Positions 22,312 through 33,116 are shown, numbered from the stretch's first letter. The stretch is 64,000 nt of DNA from Entomortierella parvispora E1425 (GCA_020891255.1 BQFW01000006.1:744001-808000), one strand, 5' to 3'. Program-made: numbers and translations. The notes: generated from the sequence alone by a model not told the origin.

Positions 22312-25215
22312 ATGATTCTCAACAGTTTTCTCTTACAACAGGACGCCTTCCGCAAAACCCTCCATCCAGAGACCGAGGACCTTGACCCCTTCACCAAAAT
22401 TGAAGTCTGGGAGCATATAGAATTGCGCAAACTCTGGTTCACATACATCCGCGACCGATGGACCTACCCCTCAAACCTCTACTTTACCGAGGCCATCACT
22501 TATTTTCTCCATGGACACTGTCACGGATCTGCAGAGGCACCCTTGGATGACAACGCTGCAACAATGGTCCGGCTCGATAACCTATGGGCAGAATACAGGG
22601 ACTCTTTCCCTTTTATTAACGACAATGGGACGCTCCTTCGCATACACCGACAGGCCAATCAGCAAGCCATGGACGACGTCTTGACCATGTTGCAAGCCCT
22701 GCACGGGATATGTGAGGATCAGGACGTCTTTGACAAATACGCAGACAACCTCGGGTTGATTGGCAAGTACAGAGATCTCCCGTTGATATGGAAACGCTAC
22801 CCCGACAACCGCTTCTACGCCCTTGGTCCCTCGGATGGAAGTGCAAACTCGGATGAGGCAGAGAATCAGGAGGATGGGGAGAATGGTGAAGATGACGACG
22901 ACAACGAAAATGGCCATGGTGGCGGCCGTCCTCGCAGCAATCGATATGGCAACAGACATCACATTGCTAGTCGACGCCGCTCCTGCGACCTCTACTACGA
23001 CGCTCCCAGCAGCAGCCAGCACCGTCCACCCCCTGTCACTCACCAAGCCGGGGTGTCGCACAACAGCCCACCTACCCATGATGAAAGGCGCCAGCCTGAA
23101 TATGAAGGCGACTATATCAGCAATCACCAGCGACCCGCTCGGACCTTGAACGATCACCTTGACGACGGTGAGAATAGCAATGAACGTCACTTGCAGAATC
23201 AGCGCCATGTCCCCGAGGAAACCCACCATCGCCCCATTGAGAACAGTAGTCGGACCCAAACTGCTGACTACCGCCCAGTCAACCACGTTCCTCCGCAGAA
23301 TCATACAGTGGACACCAGACTCGATTTACACGATAACAGCCAACAGAACCATACTCCCTGTCAAGAACAGAATCAGCATGCCACTCGTCCTTCAACAGAC
23401 TCTAACCAAGTTCACGCCCAAAGCTTCGTCTACCGCCCACCTCATCGACCAAATGTTCACCTCAACTCGTCTTATCAGAACAATGTCCAAACCGACCATC
23501 ACTACAGCGAATATCGTAACCCTCTTTACCAAGCCGCCTACATTAGTGCAGCTCGCCAAAGTGCAAATAGCCAAATCAAACCTCACTCTAGCGCCAACCA
23601 GAGCCACTTTAGCCTCAGATTCGGAACTACATTCGATGGTCCTCGCCCTCGTAACGACCTTGATCAGTACCACCTCGGCTCCACTCAGCGTTACAACCAC
23701 TACAACAATAGTCCAGGACTTTTCAACCGTTATGGTGATCGCCTCCAAGGCAGCTACGGTACCGGCGCTGTGCTTTCCTCCACCCAACCTCTGCAAAGTC
23801 AATGCGACCCGCGTATCTCTCAAGCAGCCTCGGCGATGCAGCATACTGTCAATATCAGCAACGCTCGTAGAGTCTACTCGCCATGTTGGCCCTTTCTGGC
23901 GCCAGCGGCAGCAGAACCTGTGCGTATGAACGACAACAACGGCAGTGGGAACACCCCAGCAACGGTACTTGCGATGGCATACAGCTTGCTATCTCAACGA
24001 TTTCGATTTGACCAACCCGATCATCCTCGCTTTCACTCTCAGGCAGTCGACAGGCCCGTTTTTTATCCATCCGTTGTCACCGCCAGACCGCAAGGGTTCA
24101 TAACCACGTCCACTGCGAACAATCCCATGGCGGTACAGGATATGGCTGAATTGACCAGCGGGAGCAATGCCGGCAGTCGAGGCGTGTTGCCGCCGGAGGT
24201 GGGCAATCAAGCTCATGAGAACGACGAGGGCCGACAAAGCAGTGGCAACGGCGACATGATACTGGATCAGCATGAAGGGTGTCATGGTCAAATCGGTCAT
24301 GCTATTACCCATGAAGGCGGTGGTGGAGGCGCCCTTGACACCGACAATTCTAAGGATGGTCGTGACAGCGATATTGACGATGCTGAGGAGAACAAAGAGA
24401 AAGATGTGGACAATGACGACAAAGAAGAGAGTTCCGACAACGACGAGAGCGATAACCGGAGCAACACGGCTGACTATGGTGGCTCTAGGGATGATAGAAG
24501 CGATGACGGTAGTAACGGCAGCGGCAACGGCGGTGGTGCTGGTCATGATAACGGCAATGATGAGGACGGAGATAATGATGAAAACACCCCTGGCAGTGAC
24601 AACGGCAACGACAACAGCAACAACGGTGACAGCGACGATAAAGGCAACGGCAACAGCAGCATCGATGGCAGCGGCACTGGCAGTGACTCCAATGACAATG
24701 GCTGCGACAACAGCAATAACAACAACAATGGCAGTGGCAGTGGCGTTGATGGCAAGAATTCAAACAACAATGACAATTGCCAAGGCAACGACAATGACTC
24801 TCGCGATGACGGAGACAATGTGGTCAACGACAGCAGTGGCCACAATAGGAGCAGTCAACTCCCAGTCGAAAGTGCTGAGCCAGAATCCCAAGAGAAGAAA
24901 GCGAAGGAAGCCATTGCTTCTATTCAGCCTGTGATGACCGAGTATGGTGAATATTTAGAGGAGAAGCGCAAGGCCTTGGAGGGCCCTCGGGAAAATCTCG
25001 AAAAGCGACGAGCTACTCTCCGAAAGTTGAAACGTGTCGCTCAACGGGTCCAGGATCAATTCGACGAACGGGATGCGTTGGCAGAACAAGCCAAGTCCAT
25101 TGACTTTCAATTCCGCGTGTGCGACGATCAAATGTCAAAGGTTCTCCTCGACATATCCATGTCCAACACGTACATGTCCTCCGCTCTGAAGAGAAAACGA
25201 GGTCAGGAGCAATAG
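22312..25215 (+). CDS. Hypothetical protein, paralogue B; N/D/G/S-rich region and C-terminal coiled coil with KRKR
   Basis: Intronless ORF (track start 22240 is TTG; ATG at 22312 aligns with the MI starts of the paralogues). Confidence 0.78.
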   Translation: MILNSFLLQQDAFRKTLHPETEDLDPFTKIEVWEHIELRKLWFTYIRDRWTYPSNLYFTEAITYFLHGHCHGSAEAPLDDNAATMVRLDNLWAEYRDSFPFINDNGTLLRIHRQANQQAMDDVLTMLQALHGICEDQDVFDKYADNLGLIGKYRDLPLIWKRYPDNRFYALGPSDGSANSDEAENQEDGENGEDDDDNENGHGGGRPRSNRYGNRHHIASRRRSCDLYYDAPSSSQHRPPPVTHQAGVSHNSPPTHDERRQPEYEGDYISNHQRPARTLNDHLDDGENSNERHLQNQRHVPEETHHRPIENSSRTQTADYRPVNHVPPQNHTVDTRLDLHDNSQQNHTPCQEQNQHATRPSTDSNQVHAQSFVYRPPHRPNVHLNSSYQNNVQTDHHYSEYRNPLYQAAYISAARQSANSQIKPHSSANQSHFSLRFGTTFDGPRPRNDLDQYHLGSTQRYNHYNNSPGLFNRYGDRLQGSYGTGAVLSSTQPLQSQCDPRISQAASAMQHTVNISNARRVYSPCWPFLAPAAAEPVRMNDNNGSGNTPATVLAMAYSLLSQRFRFDQPDHPRFHSQAVDRPVFYPSVVTARPQGFITTSTANNPMAVQDMAELTSGSNAGSRGVLPPEVGNQAHENDEGRQSSGNGDMILDQHEGCHGQIGHAITHEGGGGGALDTDNSKDGRDSDIDDAEENKEKDVDNDDKEESSDNDESDNRSNTADYGGSRDDRSDDGSNGSGNGGGAGHDNGNDEDGDNDENTPGSDNGNDNSNNGDSDDKGNGNSSIDGSGTGSDSNDNGCDNSNNNNNGSGSGVDGKNSNNNDNCQGNDNDSRDDGDNVVNDSSGHNRSSQLPVESAEPESQEKKAKEAIASIQPVMTEYGEYLEEKRKALEGPRENLEKRRATLRKLKRVAQRVQDQFDERDALAEQAKSIDFQFRVCDDQMSKVLLDISMSNTYMSSALKRKRGQEQ

Positions 25216-25527
25216 GGCCATCAGTATTTCCCCCCTTTTTCATTGTCTTACAACTCTTCAACATACATACAATATTTATTTCTTAATAAACAGTCGAAAC
25301 ATATATAATGTGGAACGCCTTCACCATTGGCCGCGATGAACATCCTCAAAGTAAAACGAGAACAAAAAAATGGCCCACAATTCAGAAGCTGTTGTCCCAT
25401 AGTGGACAAAATTTCTTTATCGCCGAGAAAGCGCGAGTGCCCTTCAAACCTCACTCTTCCACGATGGCTCCAAATTGCCGCAACAGAATGGACCTCACTC
25501 ACGAAAACTATCCATAAATCCCCCGTC

Positions 25528-25592
25528 CTTCTCTCGTTTCCTTCTCTCGTTTCCTTTTCTCGTTTCCTTTTCTCGTTTCCTTTTCTCGTTTC
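25528..25592. repeat. 13-bp tandem repeat CTT(C/T)TCTCGTTTC x5
   Basis: Five contiguous units read directly. Confidence 0.9.
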
Positions 25593-25811
25593 CCTCTTTT
25601 CCTTTCTCGTCGTCATACCCTCACCCTCAACTCCCCATATACATGGCCGTGGTCTCCCAAATCTTGGGATTTCAAGAAGACAATCTCCACTCTCAATCAC
25701 AACGCCCTCGCGGGCATTCTTAACAGCTCATCTCATAATCTATCCAAAACCTCACGCAATTGAACCCGTGGCACGACATTCAGCAACCTCACAAAGAAAA
25801 CGCGACCATCA

Positions 25812-26141
25812 ATGAATCTTCTGATAGCAAGGTTCAGTGAACTCTCCCTTCGAAATGGAGTCTCGATCTCCCATGGATGGCAGAGCCAGTTAACTCGACC
25901 GCACACCCTGCGCTGGGGCCAACAACACCAATTCAGGCACACATTGCTCCGGAAAGCAAAAAGACTAGCAGCCAACCACAGGCGAGAGAAGGCCCGAGCC
26001 GATTTGTTTGCCCAGAAATGGCTTCAGAGACAGCAGCAGCACGAAGTAGACATGCGGATGGACATTGAGTACTACGAGTGGTGTTCTTTGAGTGGCCGTT
26101 ATTCGTACTACGACAAAGACTACGATGCAATAATGAGCTAA
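25812..26141 (+). CDS. Small hypothetical protein (109 aa)
   Basis: ATG-initiated ORF downstream of a CT-rich promoter-like region; no recognisable domain. Confidence 0.4.
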   Translation: MNLLIARFSELSLRNGVSISHGWQSQLTRPHTLRWGQQHQFRHTLLRKAKRLAANHRREKARADLFAQKWLQRQQQHEVDMRMDIEYYEWCSLSGRYSYYDKDYDAIMS

Positions 26142-28189
26142 GCGAGGCAGCCAGGACTCGCTCTTGACAGTGGACCCAACTGCCCCATATGCAAACGAAT
26201 CAGTGGGCCATCTGCTGTTTATTTATCCTGATCTAGTCGAAAGACAAAAAAAAATGGGCTCTTCGGATCTGGGCTAAGCAAGTCAGCGAAGGATGGTCAC
26301 ATGTCGAGGCTGCTCATTCGCGCCCTCATTCGTTCATTCCTCAATCCTCATCCTTGCATCTGGCGACATGAATGAGCTGTTCCTCTCCCTTTTCAAGTGT
26401 CTGAAAGCCCTGCTCCATCAATGAGGGTCAAGAGGATATTGGCCAGTAGGTGCCTCCGTGCCCAAAGTGGGTTTGTAACCAAGTACACGATAGGTCGCGA
26501 TGGCTCAGACACAAGTTAAATTCGATTAGGATGCTCGGACCATGGTCAGTGCCTTCATCTCGCATTCACCTTTCCTCCTCCTTTGTGGCAAGGGCAGCTG
26601 CACACTTTTGAAGGGACAGTTTTTTGCCTCTATCAAAGAGTTTTTCTCTACTTTGCATGAACCCCTCATAATGACTTAGATATGATGCCCTCCTGGCACA
26701 ACTGCATTGACCAATTGCTGCTTATCCATCCTGATCTGATCTACAGATAAAGACAAAAAAAAAAAAAAAAAAAAGAAAAGAAAAGAGAGAATGACTGGCA
26801 CCGAAGACCTGCATTGACCAATCATTCATTTTCTTTCATCAAGTACCATCCATAACAAGAGCAGCTTCAAGTTGTTTTTTTAAGTGGAGAGTTCTTTGTC
26901 TCCGAAGAGTTTTTCTTTAATTTGTTTGAATAAAGTGGCTAAAGTAAAATAAAAAGAAGTAGATTTGAAAGAAAAGAGAGAGGGAAGGAAGGAAGGGAAG
27001 GGAGGGAAGGAAGGAGGAGGTTCGGAAACGTCTTTAAAGTGCTATTTGGAAGGTGTCTTTAAAGTGCTTTGGAGAGAGTTGGTGAGTGTTGATGACTCCG
27101 TGGCGGTATCTTTGCGCGGCCATGGCGTACAAGTGGACCCATGTTCTCGGACACCCGAAGGCGTCCGCACACGTAACCTTGGCAATCAAGAACAGAGGAC
27201 AAGTGGATAAAGGAAGGGGAGAGGCGGTGAATGTTGAGACCCCGTGGCGGTATCTTTGCGTGGCCATGGCGTACAAGTGCACCCATGTTCTCAGACACCA
27301 GAGGGCATCCGCACACGTAACCTTGGCAATCATCAGCAGAGAAGGAGGGTGCTTGGGGAGGGGAAGGAGGGAAGGGAAGGGAGGGGAGGAGAGGGGAGGG
27401 GAGGGGAAGGGATGGGAAGGGAAAGAAAGGGAAGGGAAGAAAGAGGGAAGAAAAGAAGAAAGAACAAGTGGAAAAGAGAATGGAATCGGGGGCCAAGGTC
27501 TAGGGGAGCGGGCAAGAAGAAGGAAGGGAAGCTTGGTTAGTACCTGTTGACAGCATACAAACCAAAGAACAAGACATTCAGACTCGCCTCTTGGCCGTTT
27601 GGATTCGGGATCGAGAGGGACCGCGGCGAGGGAGGTGGCCTTAGTTGTCGTGCCCATTGTTTTGGAAGGGCAGACGGTCTCTGCGGCCGAGGTCAAGCCA
27701 GGGAAGGCAGACAACTTTGGGGCCGAGGCTTGAGCAAAGAAGGCAGGCGGTCTTGAGGGCCAAAGTCAAGCCAGGGAGGGCAGGCGACTTTGTGGCCGAG
27801 GCTTGAAGCGGGCGGTATTGTGGCCGCGAGGCTTGAGAGGCCGAGGGCTTGCTTGAGGCAGATGGAGGGCCAAGGAAGGCGGGCTCGAGGGACCAAGATC
27901 AAGGGAGAGGCCAGGCAGTGGAAGGACTTCTTGAAGGCATGGTGGATGGCCAAGTGTGAAGGGGCAGCATGATGATTTGTTTTTTGTATGGAAGGAGAGA
28001 GAAGTGAAGCAGAAGAATGAGGATCAAATTTGGGGGGATCGAGGCAGTATTTATATGAAATGCGGCCGTGAACTGCTGCGGTCCCCTCGGTCATGAGCGA
28101 TAGAGGAAGAAAAATGGTCATGAGGACAGATAGGGCAGAGGACGTCGATTGGATGAATGGAGGAGGGAAAGAGGTCAAAGAGTCGACGG

Positions 28190-28402
28190 ACCATGGGCAA
28201 TAATCCCTCACCGGGGAGATAGGGGAGATAGACACGAGGAAAGCCCTTCTCTTCGATACCGGGAGATAGCGTCAAGAAAAGCAGCGTGCAATTTCCATAT
28301 ATTTTTTCCAATATCTTGGAGAAGGCCAAAAATGGCTTTTTCCTCGGCCTTTCCTCGTGTCTATCTCCCCTATCTCCCCGGTGAGGGATTATTGCCCATG
28401 GT
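28190..28402. repeat. Nested perfect 54-bp inverted repeat (28190-28243 / 28349-28402) with 105-nt loop inside the palindrome spacer
   Basis: accatgggcaataatccctcaccggggagataggggagatagacacgaggaaag and its exact reverse complement. Confidence 0.93.
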
Positions 28403-29412
28403 TCTTTGGTTCTTGGGCCTCTTTTCCTTGGTTCTTTGACCTCTTTTCTTCCTCCATTCATGCGACAACGGGCCAATCAACGTTCTCTGTCGCTATCTTC
28501 CTCCTTCATCGCTCTATCGCATCTCCCTGCCATCCTGATGACATATTTCCTTCCTTCCGTCAAGAGGCCGAGGCCGTCTGTTCCGTCCTTCATCTCTCTT
28601 TCTCCCTCTATCGCCACCTTGTCATCGACCCTATCGCATCTTCCCATCTTTTTCCGAGGGGACCGCAGCAGTTCACGGCCGCATTTCATATAAATACTGC
28701 CTCGATCCCCCCAAATTTGATCCTCATTCTTCTGCTTCACTTCTCTCTCCTTCCATACAAAAAACAAATCATCATGCTGCCCCTTCACACTTGGCCATCC
28801 ACCATGCCTTCAAGAAGTCCTTCCACTGCCTGGCCTCTCCCTTGATCTTGGTCCCTCGAGCCCGCCTTCCTTGGCCCTCCATCTGCCTCAAGCAAGCCCT
28901 CGGCCTCTCAAGCCTCGCGGCCACAATACCGCCCGCTTCAAGCCTCGGCCACAAAGTCGCCTGCCCTCCCTGGCTTGACTTTGGCCCTCAAGACCGCCTG
29001 CCTTCTTTGCTCAAGCCTCGGCCCCAAAGTTGTCTGCCTTCCCTGGCTTGACCTCGGCCGCAGAGACCGTCTGCCCTTCCAAAACAATGGGCACGACAAC
29101 TAAGGCCACCTCCCTCGCCGCGGTCCCTCTCGATCCCGAATCCAAACGGCCAAGAGGCGAGTCTGAATGTCTTGTTCTTTGGTTTGTATGCTGTCAACAG
29201 GTACTAACCAAGCTTCCCTTCCTTCTTCTTGCCCGCTCCCCTAGACCTTGGCCCCCGATTCCATTCTCTTTTCCACTTGTTCTTTCTTCTTTTCTTCCCT
29301 CTTTCTTCCCTTCCCTTTCTTTCCCTTCCCATCCCTTCCCCTCCCCTCCCCTCTCCTCCCCTCCCTTCCCTTCCCTCCTTCCCCTCCCCAAGCACCCTCC
29401 TTCTCTGCTGAT

Positions 29413-29646
29413 GATTGCCAAGGTTACGTGTGCGGATGCCCTCTGGTGTCTGAGAACATGGGTGCACTTGTACGCCATGGCCACGCAAAGATACCGCCAC
29501 GGGGTCTCAACATTCACCGCCTCTCCCCTTCCTTTATCCACTTGTCCTCTGTTCTTGATTGCCAAGGTTACGTGTGCGGACGCCTTCGGGTGTCCGAGAA
29601 CATGGGTCCACTTGTACGCCATGGCCGCGCAAAGATACCGCCACGG
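29413..29646. repeat. Two ~90-bp direct repeats with 144-bp period (mirrored at 27098-27331)
   Basis: gattgccaaggttacgtgtgcgga...ataccgccacgg begins at 29413 and 29557. Confidence 0.9.
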
Positions 29647-29957
29647 AGTCATCAACACTCACCAACTCTCTCCAAAGCACTTTAAAGACACCTTCCAAAT
29701 AGCACTTTAAAGACGTTTCCGAACCTCCTCCTTCCTTCCCTCCCTTCCCTTCCTTCCTTCCCTCTCTCTTTTCTTTCAAATCTACTTCTTTTTATTTTAC
29801 TTTAGCCACTTTATTCAAACAAATTAAAGAAAAACTCTTCGGAGACAAAGAACTCTCCACTTAAAAAAACAACTTGAAGCTGCTCTTGTTATGGATGGTA
29901 CTTGATGAAAGAAAATGAATGATTGGTCAATGCAGGTCTTCGGTGCCAGTCATTCTC

Positions 29958-29991
<34 letters not shown>

Positions 29992-30560
29992 TTGTCTTTA
30001 TCTGTAGATCAGATCAGGATGGATAAGCAGCAATTGGTCAATGCAGTTGTGCCAGGAGGGCATCATATCTAAGTCATTATGAGGGGTTCATGCAAAGTAG
30101 AGAAAAACTCTTTGATAGAGGCAAAAAACTGTCCCTTCAAAAGTGTGCAGCTGCCCTTGCCACAAAGGAGGAGGAAAGGTGAATGCGAGATGAAGGCACT
30201 GACCATGGTCCGAGCATCCTAATCGAATTTAACTTGTGTCTGAGCCATCGCGACCTATCGTGTACTTGGTTACAAACCCACTTTGGGCACGGAGGCACCT
30301 ACTGGCCAATATCCTCTTGACCCTCATTGATGGAGCAGGGCTTTCAGACACTTGAAAAGGGAGAGGAACAGCTCATTCATGTCGCCAGATGCAAGGATGA
30401 GGATTGAAGAATGAACGAATGAGGGTGCGAATGAGAGAATGAAGGCGTGAATGAGAGAATGAGGATAGCCTTGACATGCGACTATTAATCAACGACTTGC
30501 TTCGCCCAGATCTGGAGAGCCCACTCTCTTTTTGTCCGCATTGCCTTTTTATTGAGTTGA

Positions 30561-30609
<49 letters not shown>
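30561..30609. repeat. Compound (TC)n(AC)n microsatellite at the right edge of the palindrome
   Basis: Read directly. Confidence 0.9.
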
Positions 30610-30614
<5 letters not shown>

Positions 30615-30720
30615 ACACTCTCTTCCCCTTCTTCACCAGTTCACCCTTTGCACCTCTCCCAGTCGCTCTTCTCGTGCCCATCCTCTATATACTCATGTGC
30701 AATACTTACCGAGCAGCACG

Positions 30721-31437
30721 ATGATATCCGAGAAGCCAGGCACATTCATAGAGCAGAATATTCTTTTTCGACAGCAATTTCATCCATCCCTATCGATGGC
30801 TGACCCGTTCCCTGTCATGGACCTGAATGAGCACTATCAGCTACATGCGCTTTGGAGGGACTACGCCAGTATTCGAATTGCATTCCCGAAAAGTGTGCAG
30901 TTTGCTGAAGCAATCTCTTACTTTGTCGATGCACAGTGCCCTTACTTCCGACCACAGCCGTCACCGCTCTTGCTACGCCGTGCCACCAATCGATTGAATC
31001 GAATATGGCGAGAGGACCTCAAGGATAGTCTTCCGCTTCATGTTTTGAAATCCAGCGCTGATGCAATGGAGGAGACCTCAAAGCTGCTCTATGAATGGTT
31101 TGCTGTCGATCCAGACGGCGATGAAGTGAGACAGCAAGAGATGTTTGGCCTCCTCGGAGGTGGTGGTCGGCACTTTCTTTGGCATGCTCACCAAGAAGAC
31201 ACAAATAACTCGTTGGTCCTCAGTGGCTTTACACATCGTGCGGTGGTCAACGAGATGGACGGCTTACTGGAATCACTTGAAGATCTTATGGCGGATATGT
31301 CCCTCTCCTCCTCCTCCTCCTCCTCCTCCTCCTCCTCGCAGCTCAGTGCTGACTACATCGGGATGTACGGCGACAGAGATCGGAGAGCAATGAAGTTCTC
31401 CAATGACGAGATTCGAAGGCAAAAGCCCGATTTATGA
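30721..31437 (+). CDS. Hypothetical protein, paralogue C (essentially the shared domain alone plus a poly-Ser tail)
   Basis: ATG at 30721 (MISEKPGTF); HALWRDY...FPKSVQFAEAISYFVDAQCP...RLNRIWRE...GLLG. Confidence 0.72.
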   Translation: MISEKPGTFIEQNILFRQQFHPSLSMADPFPVMDLNEHYQLHALWRDYASIRIAFPKSVQFAEAISYFVDAQCPYFRPQPSPLLLRRATNRLNRIWREDLKDSLPLHVLKSSADAMEETSKLLYEWFAVDPDGDEVRQQEMFGLLGGGGRHFLWHAHQEDTNNSLVLSGFTHRAVVNEMDGLLESLEDLMADMSLSSSSSSSSSSSQLSADYIGMYGDRDRRAMKFSNDEIRRQKPDL

Positions 31438-32194
31438 AGCTTTGCCGCGGTTCACAAATGTTGTCAAGCCGCACTCCTCAGATCTATAGAGTCAGAAAAG
31501 ACGATCTCAACGCCCAGCCATTTTGAAGCCTCCTGATGGAGAACATGCCTGTGATAGTCTTGGTTTCTGAGCTGCACTTTCTACAAGTACATGTCAGCTC
31601 AGTTTTTGAAAAAGGAAGAACAGAGTCATTAAAAAAACACTCTTTTCTTGAGGTAACCTCAAGTGGTGAAGGACTCTGTAATGAAGCGACAATCAATCGC
31701 ACAGCAAACAGGACGAAAGTTGCGTACACAATCAAGCACATCAAGTCATGACCATCAGTTGATAACGTGACAATGGTGCCTCCGGGTTTTTACTTCTTTC
31801 CTTCTTTCTCTGTTCCTACTTCTCTTGTACTTTCCACTCCATCTGCCCCACCATCGCCGAACGCGTCAAGCGAACCTCCAACCAGAACCAGTGGATGGCT
31901 TGAAATACCCGACCAAAACCTCTAACAGCGATCATACTGTGACCTTGCTGCGCTTTTCTTCATCCTTCACATGGATCAATATCAATACACACAACTATAC
32001 CAGCTCTGGTAAGCACACAGGGTCTCCAGGCTCGATGGACGGCCACAAAGCCGCAAAAAATCAAAGACCACAATTCTGACTTTGACTCCCCTTAACATTT
32101 CTCCAATCACCACAGGTCCCCTTTTGCCACTCGACCATTCAAAAAAAAAGCTTCCCTTGGTTTCCACCTTCGTCGACAACACACCACTCCCAAC

Positions 32195-32788
32195 ATGATG
32201 ACTTCAAAGACGCCCTGCACCAAGAACCTTCCCCAGTCTTCCTCCAATTCAAAGCGCGATCACGACCTTCCTGCGGCAGTCAGTGGCAATACCATCGGGG
32301 GAACCGTGGACCCTGGCAAGGCCGCCGCTGATTCTAAGGCCGGATCGAATCAGTCTCCAAAGAAAACCAACGTTGACAAAAAGACCGAAAGCAAGAACAG
32401 CAGTACCAACCACGAAGGCAAAGCACAGATCGCGGCAACCAAAGGCGACAAAACAGTGAAAGGTGCATCCACCTCCAACAGCCAGACCAAAAAGAAACCC
32501 AAGCTCACGTATGAGTCTACCTTGGACTTGCTGGACGAGGCGGTGTCGGATGTGGGTGACCAACAGGATCTTGAAAATGAAAAGTGTGAAGAACTGGAAA
32601 CGTATGTATCTACCCTGGAAGAGAGGATCCAACACCTGGAGGAGCGAATTGGGGATGTTGAAAGGCAATACGATGTCCTGGACGAGATTCGAGAAAGCCG
32701 AAAGGATATCAAAAGAAAGGCTGAAGAACTCGAGGACTCTCTCGAGGAACTGATGCAACAAATCAAATCTCAATACGGAGATGACTGA
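32195..32788 (+). CDS. Hypothetical coiled-coil protein (possible additional upstream exon)
   Basis: 197-aa ORF; S/K/T-rich N-half, E/L heptad C-half. Confidence 0.6.
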   Translation: MMTSKTPCTKNLPQSSSNSKRDHDLPAAVSGNTIGGTVDPGKAAADSKAGSNQSPKKTNVDKKTESKNSSTNHEGKAQIAATKGDKTVKGASTSNSQTKKKPKLTYESTLDLLDEAVSDVGDQQDLENEKCEELETYVSTLEERIQHLEERIGDVERQYDVLDEIRESRKDIKRKAEELEDSLEELMQQIKSQYGDD

Positions 32789-33116
32789 GAGTGCAATGAA
32801 GGAATGGAGACACTCTAAGAATCGTTTTTATCAAATCAATGGAGAACTTCTCTGCCCGCATTATCTCCCTACAAGCTGATACGACATAGCTCCATTATCT
32901 CCTCAGACAGAACAATAAATTGCCCAAAGTGCTGTTGTCCTCGCATGTGCTAAAGAATAGTCCAAACATAACCATTTCCAAGTTGATTTCGGTGGGGTAT
33001 CCACAAAAAAGCAAAAAAAAAAAAAAAAAAAGTGCCACAAATATGCCAACAAGAGACATCGCAATGGGGCATGGCTATAGTTACAAGTTTATGGTGTCTA
33101 TCATAGTCTAAAATAT

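Larger units (their letters stand above)
26243..30536. repeat. ~4.3-kb palindrome: near-identical inverted arms 26323-28090 / 28654-30425, degenerate outer extensions, 563-bp spacer
   Basis: Arms are reverse complements (ORF track mirrored: 27034-27714 minus = 29030-29710 plus). Differences noticed: a 4-nt indel in the A/T homopolymer region and a substitution near the outer end. Confidence 0.96.

Noticed and set aside
29413-29646. 144-bp-period repeats as a CRISPR array, or as C2H2 zinc-finger exons
   Set aside because: Only two units, eukaryotic context and no cas genes. The C-x3-x-x5-L-x2-H spacing in one frame loses the second Cys in copy 2.
27034-29710. Mirrored 226-aa, 154-aa and 145-aa ORFs in the palindrome arms as genuine CDS
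   Set aside because: They run through polypyrimidine/polypurine tracts and intron-like sequence and use non-ATG or weak starts; kept only as a low-confidence finding
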